A DNA stretch of 64,000 nt from positions 1-64,000 of the IMG/VR virus record IMGVR_UViG_2917045514_000007. The stretch is one strand, 5' to 3'. Position 1 is the first letter of the stretch, and the number at the start of each line of letters is the position of its first letter. The position numbers and the translations under genes are program-made. The notes under the pieces were generated by a model. It was given only the letters and a program-made list of their open reading frames with translations, had not been told where the DNA came from and did not search any database. The DNA comes from an uncultured virus (IMG/VR IMGVR_UViG_2917045514_000007). Its lineage: Duplodnaviria; Heunggongvirae; Uroviricota; Caudoviricetes. This document shows positions 56,518-64,000 of the stretch, piece after piece.

Positions 56518-58322
56518 TCAAGCGCACTCTGTACCACTTCCACTTCTGCTGCGGCCTGGGCGGCGGCGCCGCCGGTTTCAACCGGGCGCGCCCGCGGGTC
56601 GGCAACGTCGAGGCTGAATGGGTCTGCCTCGGCGGGATCGACGTGGACCCGGCCGGCCTGCGCGACTTCGAGCGCCTGGCCGGTGTCCCGGGTACCCTGC
56701 TGGACCTGTTCACCCGCGACCAATACATCCGCTTCCATGGAAAGGAGCCGCCCGCCGGTTGGCGGGAGGCGACTCCGGAGGATATTCGTCGCGCCGCCGG
56801 CGGGCGCCGGCCGGATGCCGTGTTCATCAGCTCGCCCTGCAAAGGCGCCAGCGGCCTGCTGTCGGAGAAGATGAGCCTGACTCCAAAGTACCAGGCGCTG
56901 AACGAGTTGACGCTGCGCTGCATCTGGCTGATGGGCGAGGCATGGGCTGATGACCCGGTACCGCTGATCGTCTTCGAGAACGTCCCACGCCTTGCCAGCC
57001 GCGGCCGGCACCTGCTGGACCAGATCAATAGCCTGCTCGGCGGCTTCGGCTACGCAGTGGCGGAAACCACTCACGACTGCGGCGAACTCGGCGGCCTGGC
57101 GCAGTCCCGGAAGCGCTTCCTGCTTGTCGCGCGGCACGTCGAAAAAGTGCCCCCCTTCCTGTACGAGCCAGAGAAGAAGACCCTGCGCGCCGTCGGCGAC
57201 ATCCTCGGCCGCATGCCGCTGCCGGGCGACATCGATGCCGCGGGGCCAATGCACCGCATCCCATCGCTGCACTGGAAGACCTGGGTGCGCCTGGCCTTGG
57301 TAGAGGCCGGCAGCGACTGGCGGAGCCTGAACAAGCTGGCGATCGAGGACGGCCACCTGCGCGACCTGGTAATCGTGCCGGAGTACCGCTCCGGCTACAT
57401 GGGGGTGCATGGGTGGGACGACACTGCCAGCACTATCGCCGGCCGCTCCGGCCCTACCAACGGCGCATTTTCGGTAGCCGATCCTCGCTACCGCCAAGCC
57501 GCAAACTGGAACCACGGCCAGCAGTTCGGGGTGATCCGCTGGGCCGAATCAGCGCCGACTATCCCAGGGCAAACGATGCCAGGCCAAGGCACATTCAGCG
57601 TCGCCGACCCGCGCCCAGGCGGCGTCCGGCACAACAACGTGTTTCGCGTCGTCAGCATGGGGAGCCACGCCGGAACCGTCACCGGCGGGCACTCACCCAG
57701 TTCCGGAGGCCAGGCTGTTGCCGATCCCAGGTACCACAACTGGCACCCAGGGGCGAGCAGCCGCAAATTGCACGTCGGCGAGTGGGGAAGCGCTACCGGC
57801 ACGGTCACCGGCTCCCAGCAAGTGGCCAGCGGCGCGCTGTCGATCGCTGATCCGCGCGTGCTCGATCGCACCAAGGGCGACGCCTACCTGACCGGCGGGC
57901 ACTACGGTGTCGTCGGGTTCGACCAGTCCGCCGGCGCAGTATCCGCCAGCGCGCGGCACGACAATGGCCGGTGGAGCTTCGCCGACCCGCGCATGCCGGC
58001 GGCGAACGACCGGCTCACCTGCATCATCCAGTCGCTGGACGGCACCTGGCACCGGCCCTTCACCACCCTGGAGCTGGCCGCGCTGCAGAGCCTGGTGGAC
58101 CCGGAAGAACAGTTGATCCTCGACGGCCTGAGCGACAGCGACTGGCGCGAGCGCATCGGCAACGCCGTACCGCCGGCCGCGGCCGAGGCCATCGCCGGCG
58201 TGATGGGCACCACCCTGCTGCTGGCCGAGCAGGGCGAGACCTTCATGCTCAGCAATACGCCGATCTGGGTACGCCCGGTTGCGATGGCGCTGAGCGTCGC
58301 GCAACAGGAGGCGCAACCGTGA
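56514..58322 (+). CDS. C5 cytosine DNA methyltransferase
   Basis: FCCGLGG, SSPCKG, FENVP, QSRKR and IGNAVP motifs; internal ADPR repeats. Confidence 0.9.
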   Translation: MIKRTLYHFHFCCGLGGGAAGFNRARPRVGNVEAEWVCLGGIDVDPAGLRDFERLAGVPGTLLDLFTRDQYIRFHGKEPPAGWREATPEDIRRAAGGRRPDAVFISSPCKGASGLLSEKMSLTPKYQALNELTLRCIWLMGEAWADDPVPLIVFENVPRLASRGRHLLDQINSLLGGFGYAVAETTHDCGELGGLAQSRKRFLLVARHVEKVPPFLYEPEKKTLRAVGDILGRMPLPGDIDAAGPMHRIPSLHWKTWVRLALVEAGSDWRSLNKLAIEDGHLRDLVIVPEYRSGYMGVHGWDDTASTIAGRSGPTNGAFSVADPRYRQAANWNHGQQFGVIRWAESAPTIPGQTMPGQGTFSVADPRPGGVRHNNVFRVVSMGSHAGTVTGGHSPSSGGQAVADPRYHNWHPGASSRKLHVGEWGSATGTVTGSQQVASGALSIADPRVLDRTKGDAYLTGGHYGVVGFDQSAGAVSASARHDNGRWSFADPRMPAANDRLTCIIQSLDGTWHRPFTTLELAALQSLVDPEEQLILDGLSDSDWRERIGNAVPPAAAEAIAGVMGTTLLLAEQGETFMLSNTPIWVRPVAMALSVAQQEAQP

Positions 58323-58750
58323 ACACCGAACAGTTCATTCGCAACGCGGCCGCGCGCGGGCTCTCCCGCCGCGCCACCATGCACGCGCTCGGCATGGGCC
58401 CCTGGAAGTTCCGAGAGCTGCTGACCCTGATGCCGGATATCGAGTGGCCGGCGAAGGGCCAGTCACTGGACCACAAACGCGCGAACCAGCAGAAGCGGGG
58501 CTACTGCCCGCCAGCGCTCGCCCGCGCGCTGGACCAGGCCCGCCAGGCACGCAAGGAAAAGCACACCCACACCGTGCGCGGCCGGACCGGAACCATAGAG
58601 GAACTGGTGGAGACGCTGCCGAGCCCTGTCTCGGCTAGCACCGTACGCAGGCGGCTCGCCGGAGGCATGCCGCTCGAGGAAGCCCTCCTTACTCCTGCAA
58701 TTCCGCCGTTCAGCAACTCCAAACGGGAGAATCCCGATGATCAAGAATGA
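58319..58750 (+). CDS. hypothetical DNA-binding-like protein
   Basis: GTGA overlap with an AGGAGG RBS; STVRRRLAGGMPLEEALLTP motif. Confidence 0.65.
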   Translation: MNTEQFIRNAAARGLSRRATMHALGMGPWKFRELLTLMPDIEWPAKGQSLDHKRANQQKRGYCPPALARALDQARQARKEKHTHTVRGRTGTIEELVETLPSPVSASTVRRRLAGGMPLEEALLTPAIPPFSNSKRENPDDQE

Positions 58751-60365
58751 CTCTCAGACTCCTTTATGCACTTGCCCGAGTGGCAACGGCTCGCTGCGCC
58801 ATCCCTGCCCGGCACATCCTGCGGTAGAGCAGGCAGGCGGGGATGAGCGCGACTTCCAGGCAAAGGGCGCACAGGAGGTTCCATCGCCAGTCTCAAAAGA
58901 GTATGACCGACATTTGATCGGTCTTTTGCGTAAAGGTGAGGCACTTCCTGGCCACCAGGAGGAGGCCGCTGACGAGATCGAGCGCCTGCGCGATTGGAAT
59001 GATCACCTGAACAACACCGTTCTACCCAACATACTCAATCCAAATTTCCTGATGCTCATGAAGGGTGGCGAGAGGCTGCTTGACCTGTGCACGAAGGACG
59101 GCAAGTTCATTGGCGTATCGCTGAATGACATGAAGGACGTGTTTGATTGGATGGTCACGCACGCTCGAATTGCACCTGATCACGCCGCCCTGGCGCAACC
59201 CTCCCCGGCGTCGGACCTAGACCCGCTCAACCTAGCCCCGCATGCGGAAGCGTTCAACGAAGCTCCCGATGAAGCTCTCAGGCCTGAGCAGGCAGAGGCG
59301 GAGCGGTCGGCATTGTGGGCTGTACATGCCCAGGGGCCGGACGAACTGTACGCAGCATTCAGCCGCGAAGACGCGGAGAAACATGCCGCCGAGCTGAACG
59401 CCCTGCCAATGCCTGAAGGGATCGCGGTTGGCGCCGTGGTCGTTCCCTCCCCCTGGCCGGCTGTCCAGCACTGGCAGTATCTGGCCGAACAGGAGCAAGA
59501 CCACAAGAACGAGATCGCCGGGCGCCTGCGCCAGCACGAGCGCATCGGCGAGGCGCTGCGGGCGGAGATCACCCAACTCCGTCAGCACAAGAACGATTAC
59601 ATGGATGCTGGGCAGGAAACGTACCGGGCATTACAGAACGAAATCAGAGAACGGGAAGCGGAAATTGCTCGTCTTGATGGTCTGGTTTCAGGCCACACGG
59701 CAGAGCGCGACGCCGCCCTGGCCAGGGTCGCAGAGCTGGAGAGGCAGGAGCCGGTTGGATGGGAATGGATCGAGGTATTTGTGGGCGGCAACTTCGACGG
59801 CGAAGAAGCTGACAACGGCTTCTATCGCGGCACCGACAAGGAGAATATCCTCCCGTCCATTGAGGGCACCGAGGTACGGCAGCGTCCGCTCTACGCCGCC
59901 CCGGTAGCCCAGACTCAGCACAGCGTGCCGGTAGCGCGAGAGCAGTTGGAGCGGCTGGTTCGAATTCTCGACGCCCACAACTACGCAAAAGATGCTGAAG
60001 CACTAATGGCTCTGCTCGCCGCCGCGCCCGGCAAAGAAGTGCCGCAGGCATGGCTCGACGTTCAAGCCGAACGACGCCGGCAGGTCGAGGCCGAGGGATG
60101 GACGCCGGAGCACGACGACGAGCACGCCTGCGACGAGATCGCGGCCTTCGCATGCTTCTACGCTATGCCGCCGGCGGCGCGCGACCGGGATACCAGCAGC
60201 ACCGGCTACGGCGACACGCTGGGCGAGGCCATTCTGCCTGAAGGCTGGGAGCCGAAGACCGGCGACCGACGCCGCGAGCTGGTCAAGGCCGGCGGCCTGA
60301 TCCTTGCCGAGATCGAGCGCCTGGACCGAACAGCGGCGACCCAGGGAGGGCCGCGCGATGCGTAG
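58737..60365 (+). CDS. mosaic early protein (Ead/Ea22-like)
   Basis: 542-aa patchwork ending AERRRQVEAEGWTPEHDD...RRELVKAGGLILAEIER. Confidence 0.7.
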   Translation: MIKNDSQTPLCTCPSGNGSLRHPCPAHPAVEQAGGDERDFQAKGAQEVPSPVSKEYDRHLIGLLRKGEALPGHQEEAADEIERLRDWNDHLNNTVLPNILNPNFLMLMKGGERLLDLCTKDGKFIGVSLNDMKDVFDWMVTHARIAPDHAALAQPSPASDLDPLNLAPHAEAFNEAPDEALRPEQAEAERSALWAVHAQGPDELYAAFSREDAEKHAAELNALPMPEGIAVGAVVVPSPWPAVQHWQYLAEQEQDHKNEIAGRLRQHERIGEALRAEITQLRQHKNDYMDAGQETYRALQNEIREREAEIARLDGLVSGHTAERDAALARVAELERQEPVGWEWIEVFVGGNFDGEEADNGFYRGTDKENILPSIEGTEVRQRPLYAAPVAQTQHSVPVAREQLERLVRILDAHNYAKDAEALMALLAAAPGKEVPQAWLDVQAERRRQVEAEGWTPEHDDEHACDEIAAFACFYAMPPAARDRDTSSTGYGDTLGEAILPEGWEPKTGDRRRELVKAGGLILAEIERLDRTAATQGGPRDA

Positions 60366-60480
60366 AGCACTGACCGCCCTCGGCATCATCGCCGCCCTCG
60401 GCCTGGCCGTGGTGGGGCTGGTGGAGACATTCCCGATCATCCGCACGCTGGCGGCCTGGCAGGCGGGGTGCTTCGGATGA
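60358..60480 (+). CDS. small membrane peptide
   Basis: 40 aa, hydrophobic, GGAGG RBS, coupled. Confidence 0.5.
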   Translation: MRRALTALGIIAALGLAVVGLVETFPIIRTLAAWQAGCFG

Positions 60481-60899
60481 AGCAGAAACCAGGCATCGCC
60501 CTTCCCCGCTGGCTCCTGCGGACCACAACGATGCAGATGCACAGCGTCGACGTGGTATTGGTCATGGCGCTGGTGCTCCAGCACCACGGCACGGCGGACG
60601 CTGTTCGCCGCGCCGCCGGTCAGCTTCGCGACAGAGTGTGTGCCGAGCACCGGCCCAAGATGACCGCGCTCATGCGCATGCAAGACGACGCGGCGGCGCT
60701 GCAAGTGGCGCTCAACATCGTCCAACGCGCCACCGACGCCCTGGGCATCCTGCCGGAAACGGCGTTTCCGGCCGGGCCGGTACTGACTAACCGTTACCTC
60801 GAAACCCAACTTTCACCCGGTCCGTATCAATGGACCCGGGAGGTATCTCTATGCGCAACACCCAGCAGCACCAAGACGTCCCCCGCTTCATCGACTTGA
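60477..60899 (+). CDS. hypothetical protein
   Basis: ATGA overlap at the start; its C-terminal tail overlaps the AlpA gene. Confidence 0.6.
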   Translation: MKQKPGIALPRWLLRTTTMQMHSVDVVLVMALVLQHHGTADAVRRAAGQLRDRVCAEHRPKMTALMRMQDDAAALQVALNIVQRATDALGILPETAFPAGPVLTNRYLETQLSPGPYQWTREVSLCATPSSTKTSPASST

Positions 60900-61084
60900 A
60901 TATGGTCAAGTTGAGAACGGGGATGGGCACCACGTTCATCTACGACCATATGAAGAAAGGGGACTTCCCCAAAGGGCGCAAGTTCGGCCGCGCCACTCGC
61001 TGGGCAGAGGTTGAAATCGACCAGTACTGCAACGGAACCTGGACGCCGCCGGCGCCGGCAAACGAAGCGGGAGCCCCAGAGTGA
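60851..61084 (+). CDS. AlpA-family excisionase/regulator
   Basis: FIDLNMVKLRTGMGTTFIYDHMKKGDFPKGRKFGRATRW...EI; GGAGG RBS. Confidence 0.88.
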   Translation: MRNTQQHQDVPRFIDLNMVKLRTGMGTTFIYDHMKKGDFPKGRKFGRATRWAEVEIDQYCNGTWTPPAPANEAGAPE

Positions 61085-61162
61085 TCACTCCGGGGCAGCT
61101 TCCTCTAACCGAACCAAGTAGCCACGGCAGTGCTGCACGTAGCGCGCTCGAGACAGTCTCCA

Positions 61163-61386
61163 ACCATGGCCAGTTAGTAGTCCATCGAACCCAAGGCGCT
61201 TAATCACTTCGCTAACGGCGTTTTGGCTCATCATCTTCGTTGGGTCTATTCGACCCACGAACGCTAACTAGTGCTCCCCCTCCGCAGAAACCACCTGGCT
61301 TACTTAATCATTAGGCGCGACAGAGACACAATCTACGGCGGCGCATCCTCCCCGTCCCTGCGCACCTTTTCAGGCAATTGTTTCAC
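61163..61386 (-). pseudogene. decayed tyrosine-integrase fragment, paralogous to the integrase at 63522
   Basis: Minus strand reads VKQLPEKVRRDGEDAPP*IVSLSRLMIK*...(frameshift)AFVGRIDPTKMMSQNAVSEVIKRLGFDGLLTGHG; the integrase reads VKQLRGLVRKDGAQVPPYIVPLSRQAIEE...AFAGRNDPTKMMSENTINQAIKRLGFDGLLTGHG. Confidence 0.9.
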
Positions 61387-61431
61387 CCTTCCGAGTCGCC
61401 ATCAACTCTGTCAGCGGGTCGAAATTCTACC

Positions 61432-61974
61432 TTAAGGGTCCCGCCCTTGGAACGTGTCGTAGGTCAAATCAACCATACTTTTATATCGATCTGTAACAAA
61501 ATCTGAAAGACGCATATAAAGATCAATAGCTTTAGAGTTTACAACAGCAATACGCCGTTCACGATCTGCCTCAGGCATTTTGCTACTAATTTCTGAATCA
61601 AGAGTTGCCGAGTCACGCAGATCAGCTATCTTTTCTACGGCAAAGTTCATAATTCTAGGCTCTGCTGTCCAATGCGTTAGCTTCCGGCACTTTCGCTCAA
61701 GCAAGGAAACTTTATGCTCAACAAAGTTACATTTCAAATCAACAGAACACGCAAATAACCGTGCAGCCAAATCTGTATTATCGTCTTCGCATCTCCCCCA
61801 AAAATCGGAAACATCACTCACGATCTCTTGAAGCATCTTCTCGATCGCTGCAACTATCGCATTCGCCTCAGATTGTCTAGCAAGCGATCGCGAATTATGA
61901 TAAACAAAAATCCAACCAACGATTCCAATAATTACTGAAACGACCGCGGCCCAGTTAAAATCACCGCCCACCAT
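61432..61974 (-). CDS. membrane-anchored helical protein (cassette gene 3)
   Basis: N-terminal TM segment WAAVVSVIIGIVGWIFVY; AT-rich; overlaps gene 2. Confidence 0.8.
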   Translation of the reverse strand: MVGGDFNWAAVVSVIIGIVGWIFVYHNSRSLARQSEANAIVAAIEKMLQEIVSDVSDFWGRCEDDNTDLAARLFACSVDLKCNFVEHKVSLLERKCRKLTHWTAEPRIMNFAVEKIADLRDSATLDSEISSKMPEADRERRIAVVNSKAIDLYMRLSDFVTDRYKSMVDLTYDTFQGRDP

Positions 61975-62317
61975 TATTTTCAGGCCTCGCCTCGCGAATG
62001 TACTTATCTATATTATTCAACACACTTTTATAACGGCTTTTATAACCGACCCGCTTCCGCACCTCTTCTGGAGTGAAGCCCTCATATTTAATTAGCCCCC
62101 CAAATACCTCATCCAGAAAAGATGAACCACTCCCCAGCACCCCAGTTAAGTCAACTTCAACGTAATCATACTCTTCTAAGGCTTTGAGCAAGAACTCCTT
62201 TCTGAATCGAACACCATTAAACTCCGGATTATCAACCTCGGAGCGACCATAAGGCATATCAGTAAAATCTTTTGCCACATCAATTATCTTAATCAAACCT
62301 TTATTCATTTGAATCAC
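61961..62317 (-). CDS. STAS-like (DUF4325-type) protein (cassette gene 2)
   Basis: VEVDLTGVLGSGSSFLDEVFGGL motif, resembling the anti-anti-sigma phosphoacceptor loop. Confidence 0.82.
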   Translation of the reverse strand: MIQMNKGLIKIIDVAKDFTDMPYGRSEVDNPEFNGVRFRKEFLLKALEEYDYVEVDLTGVLGSGSSFLDEVFGGLIKYEGFTPEEVRKRVGYKSRYKSVLNNIDKYIREARPENNGGR

Positions 62318-63414
62318 CCTGGGACTTTAAGCTTGATATTCCATTGAATCAAGGTTCCATGAAATTCAAACGGAAGCGGCCTAGCCTCCTCTCTCTGCCC
62401 CTTTGTTTGGTATTGATACCAACCACTACCACTATAGATCATTAGCGTTCCCATTGGATTCGCTTCGACAAAATCTTTTGCTTCGGACAGACCTTTTCCG
62501 CGCCCGCTAGTATTGAAGCGAGACTTCCCATAGTCGACAGCAGCCTTAATACTTGCAGCATCGCGAAATGCTCTTGCGGGAAATGACGGACTAATTTTCA
62601 GAAACTTTCTCACGACACGATAAGCATCTTTCATCATACCAACCACATTTGACTTAATGGATAAGGTCTTTGGAATACCCACACCCATGTCATAAACACC
62701 TATAAAAAGCTGATCCTCAATCAGACGAACAACAATCCACCAATTCTGCAAATGAGCAGGGAGATCCAGTTCGAATTCTTTAGCATACCCATGTTGCCAA
62801 ACATTACCAACAGATTCCGTAATCGCAGCGAAAGCTAATCCGCCTTGTTCATCCTCTTTAGAACTTTCAAATATATCTTTCACATATGAAATAACAGACC
62901 GAAGCTCCGTTTGTTCTGCCCCACCCTCTTTATCCTCGGATGAAGCAGTACAGATAGGAACCCCGGGAACCTTCGCATCCTTAAAGTTAGGACGGCGCTC
63001 TCGCATCAAGTCCCAAAAGCCTAAAATCTGAAATTTTCTCGCTATATTAAGATTGCAACAAGCAGTTGATTTAATAATTTTTGAATTTCCATGAAGCTTT
63101 TGCAACTGCTCTATATTTGCATACAAGACAAGTAGTGCTGCGACCTTTACAGCACGCACAGGTTTGAAGTCAAGAAGAACCAACCCACTAGAGCAAGCTT
63201 GTCTGATACTATTTATAAATTTCCAAAATTCATCATAGCCCGAACCAAAAAAATTAAGCTCTTCCGGCGCAACAACTACAATTCGAGAGCCGATCCGTGA
63301 TTTGAGTTTCAGCTTTCTTTGAGGATCATATTTACGTGGATTTCTAGCGATCAACAGTGCACGCCTAGTAGCATTCCTTTGCCGAATAAAATCAGAATCC
63401 CTTAACTTTTTCAT
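62314..63414 (-). CDS. GHKL/HATPase kinase-like protein with a STAS-like N-terminal region (cassette gene 1)
   Basis: N-box ESVGNVWQHG, G1 YDMGVGI, G2 GRGKGL, G3 FHGTLI; no HisKA or TM sensor visible. Confidence 0.85.
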   Translation of the reverse strand: MKKLRDSDFIRQRNATRRALLIARNPRKYDPQRKLKLKSRIGSRIVVVAPEELNFFGSGYDEFWKFINSIRQACSSGLVLLDFKPVRAVKVAALLVLYANIEQLQKLHGNSKIIKSTACCNLNIARKFQILGFWDLMRERRPNFKDAKVPGVPICTASSEDKEGGAEQTELRSVISYVKDIFESSKEDEQGGLAFAAITESVGNVWQHGYAKEFELDLPAHLQNWWIVVRLIEDQLFIGVYDMGVGIPKTLSIKSNVVGMMKDAYRVVRKFLKISPSFPARAFRDAASIKAAVDYGKSRFNTSGRGKGLSEAKDFVEANPMGTLMIYSGSGWYQYQTKGQREEARPLPFEFHGTLIQWNIKLKVPG

Positions 63415-63449
63415 CGCAAACAGTCGCTCGTAGAACCAAAATGCGAAAG

Positions 63450-63478
63450 ATCATACATGAGCGAAGTAGAGGATTCAC
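63450..63478 (-). promoter_or_regulatory. possible sigma70 promoter of the cassette
   Basis: Minus-strand GTGAAT-17-TATGAT upstream of the ATG at 63414. Confidence 0.4.
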
Positions 63479-63521
63479 AGGGCAAGTCTCTTTTTTTACC
63501 GTGATGCTCACTGGTCACATG

Positions 63522-64000
63522 TCAGCCCTCAGCCAGCTCCCGCTGATCCAGAAAATCAGCCCAGGCTTGCATCATTTCCCTTCGCTTTTCCACATGTGCA
63601 GCATGGTTATAAGCCGCCCTGGCCTTACTGGGATCCGCATGTGACAGCTGCGCCTCAATCAAGGTCGTGTCGTACCCCATCTCATGCAATGCCGTAGAAA
63701 ACGTTCCACGCAGACCATGTCCGGTAAGCAATCCGTCAAACCCAAGTCGCTTGATTGCCTGATTGATAGTGTTCTCACTCATCATCTTGGTGGGATCGTT
63801 CCGACCGGCGAACGCGTACGGGTAGCGACCCGTAATCCTCAAAAGCGCTCTTACCTCCTCTATCGCCTGCCGAGACAGGGGTACGATGTACGGCGGCACT
63901 TGCGCTCCATCCTTACGTACCAGACCTCGTAACTGCTTAACTGTTCCGGGTGGAACAGTCCATATCCCCTTTTCTAGATCGAAGTCTGCCGGCGCAGCCT
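63522..64000 (-). CDS. int: tyrosine integrase (P4/IntA-like), 5' part beyond the window
   Basis: HGLR, QLSH and AAYNHA catalytic H-x-x-R/H/Y motifs; RREMMQAWAD C-terminus. Confidence 0.93.
   Translation of the reverse strand, partial: AAPADFDLEKGIWTVPPGTVKQLRGLVRKDGAQVPPYIVPLSRQAIEEVRALLRITGRYPYAFAGRNDPTKMMSENTINQAIKRLGFDGLLTGHGLRGTFSTALHEMGYDTTLIEAQLSHADPSKARAAYNHAAHVEKRREMMQAWADFLDQRELAEG

Larger units (their letters stand above)
553..64000. mobile_element. F116/H66-like temperate podovirus prophage integrated at tRNA-Leu (right end beyond the window)
   Basis: att core, lysis, virion, packaging, replication, cI/cro switch, early operon, AlpA and integrase in coherent order; N4-gp56-type capsid and giant ejection protein. 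Confidence 0.93.

Noticed and set aside
53887..58322. Restriction-modification, BREX or DISARM system
   Set aside because: No nuclease or partner genes; these look like orphan phage methyltransferases within the early operon.
61236..61261. Hairpin TTCGTTGGGTC...GACCCACGAA as an ncRNA
   Set aside because: It lies within the decayed integrase fragment, which explains the region. A secondary role as a terminator cannot be excluded.
62314..63414. Classical two-component sensor kinase
   Set aside because: No TM sensor, HisKA H-box or response regulator; the partner gene is STAS-like.

Overview
Almost the whole window is a temperate prophage of about 64 kb with an F116/H66-like (Hollowayvirus-type) podovirus layout. 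It sits in a high-GC Pseudomonas chromosome, most likely P. aeruginosa. Bases 1-552 are host sequence: a small ORF, a terminator and tRNA-His(GTG). A 17-bp copy of a tRNA-Leu 3' end at 553-569 marks one att junction, with an IHF consensus site and arm-type repeats beside it. On the minus strand, reading right to left, are cro, replication genes, ninG, terminase, portal, scaffold, an N4-gp56-type capsid, tail/virion genes, two ejection-type proteins (one a 3782-aa polyvalent protein), the holin/SAR endolysin/Rz/Rz1 cassette and accessory genes. On the plus strand are cI and a long early operon (CsrA fusion, SSAP, DnaQ exonuclease, SSB, RdgC-FtsK-gamma, LexA-like DNA-binding protein, helicase-methyltransferase, C5 methyltransferase, AlpA). 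The window ends inside a tyrosine integrase. The most notable item is an AT-rich three-gene GHKL-ATPase / STAS-like / membrane-protein cassette, a candidate defence or lysogenic-conversion system. It lies between the intact integrase and an unannotated, decayed second copy of the integrase C-terminal region. Other highlights are a conserved 12-bp candidate late-promoter motif at four sites, two SOS boxes plus a LexA-DBD-only protein, a CsrA fused to a paralogue of its neighbour gene, and a secreted DUF4124-like accessory protein. All family assignments come from motif recognition by eye; no database search was run.
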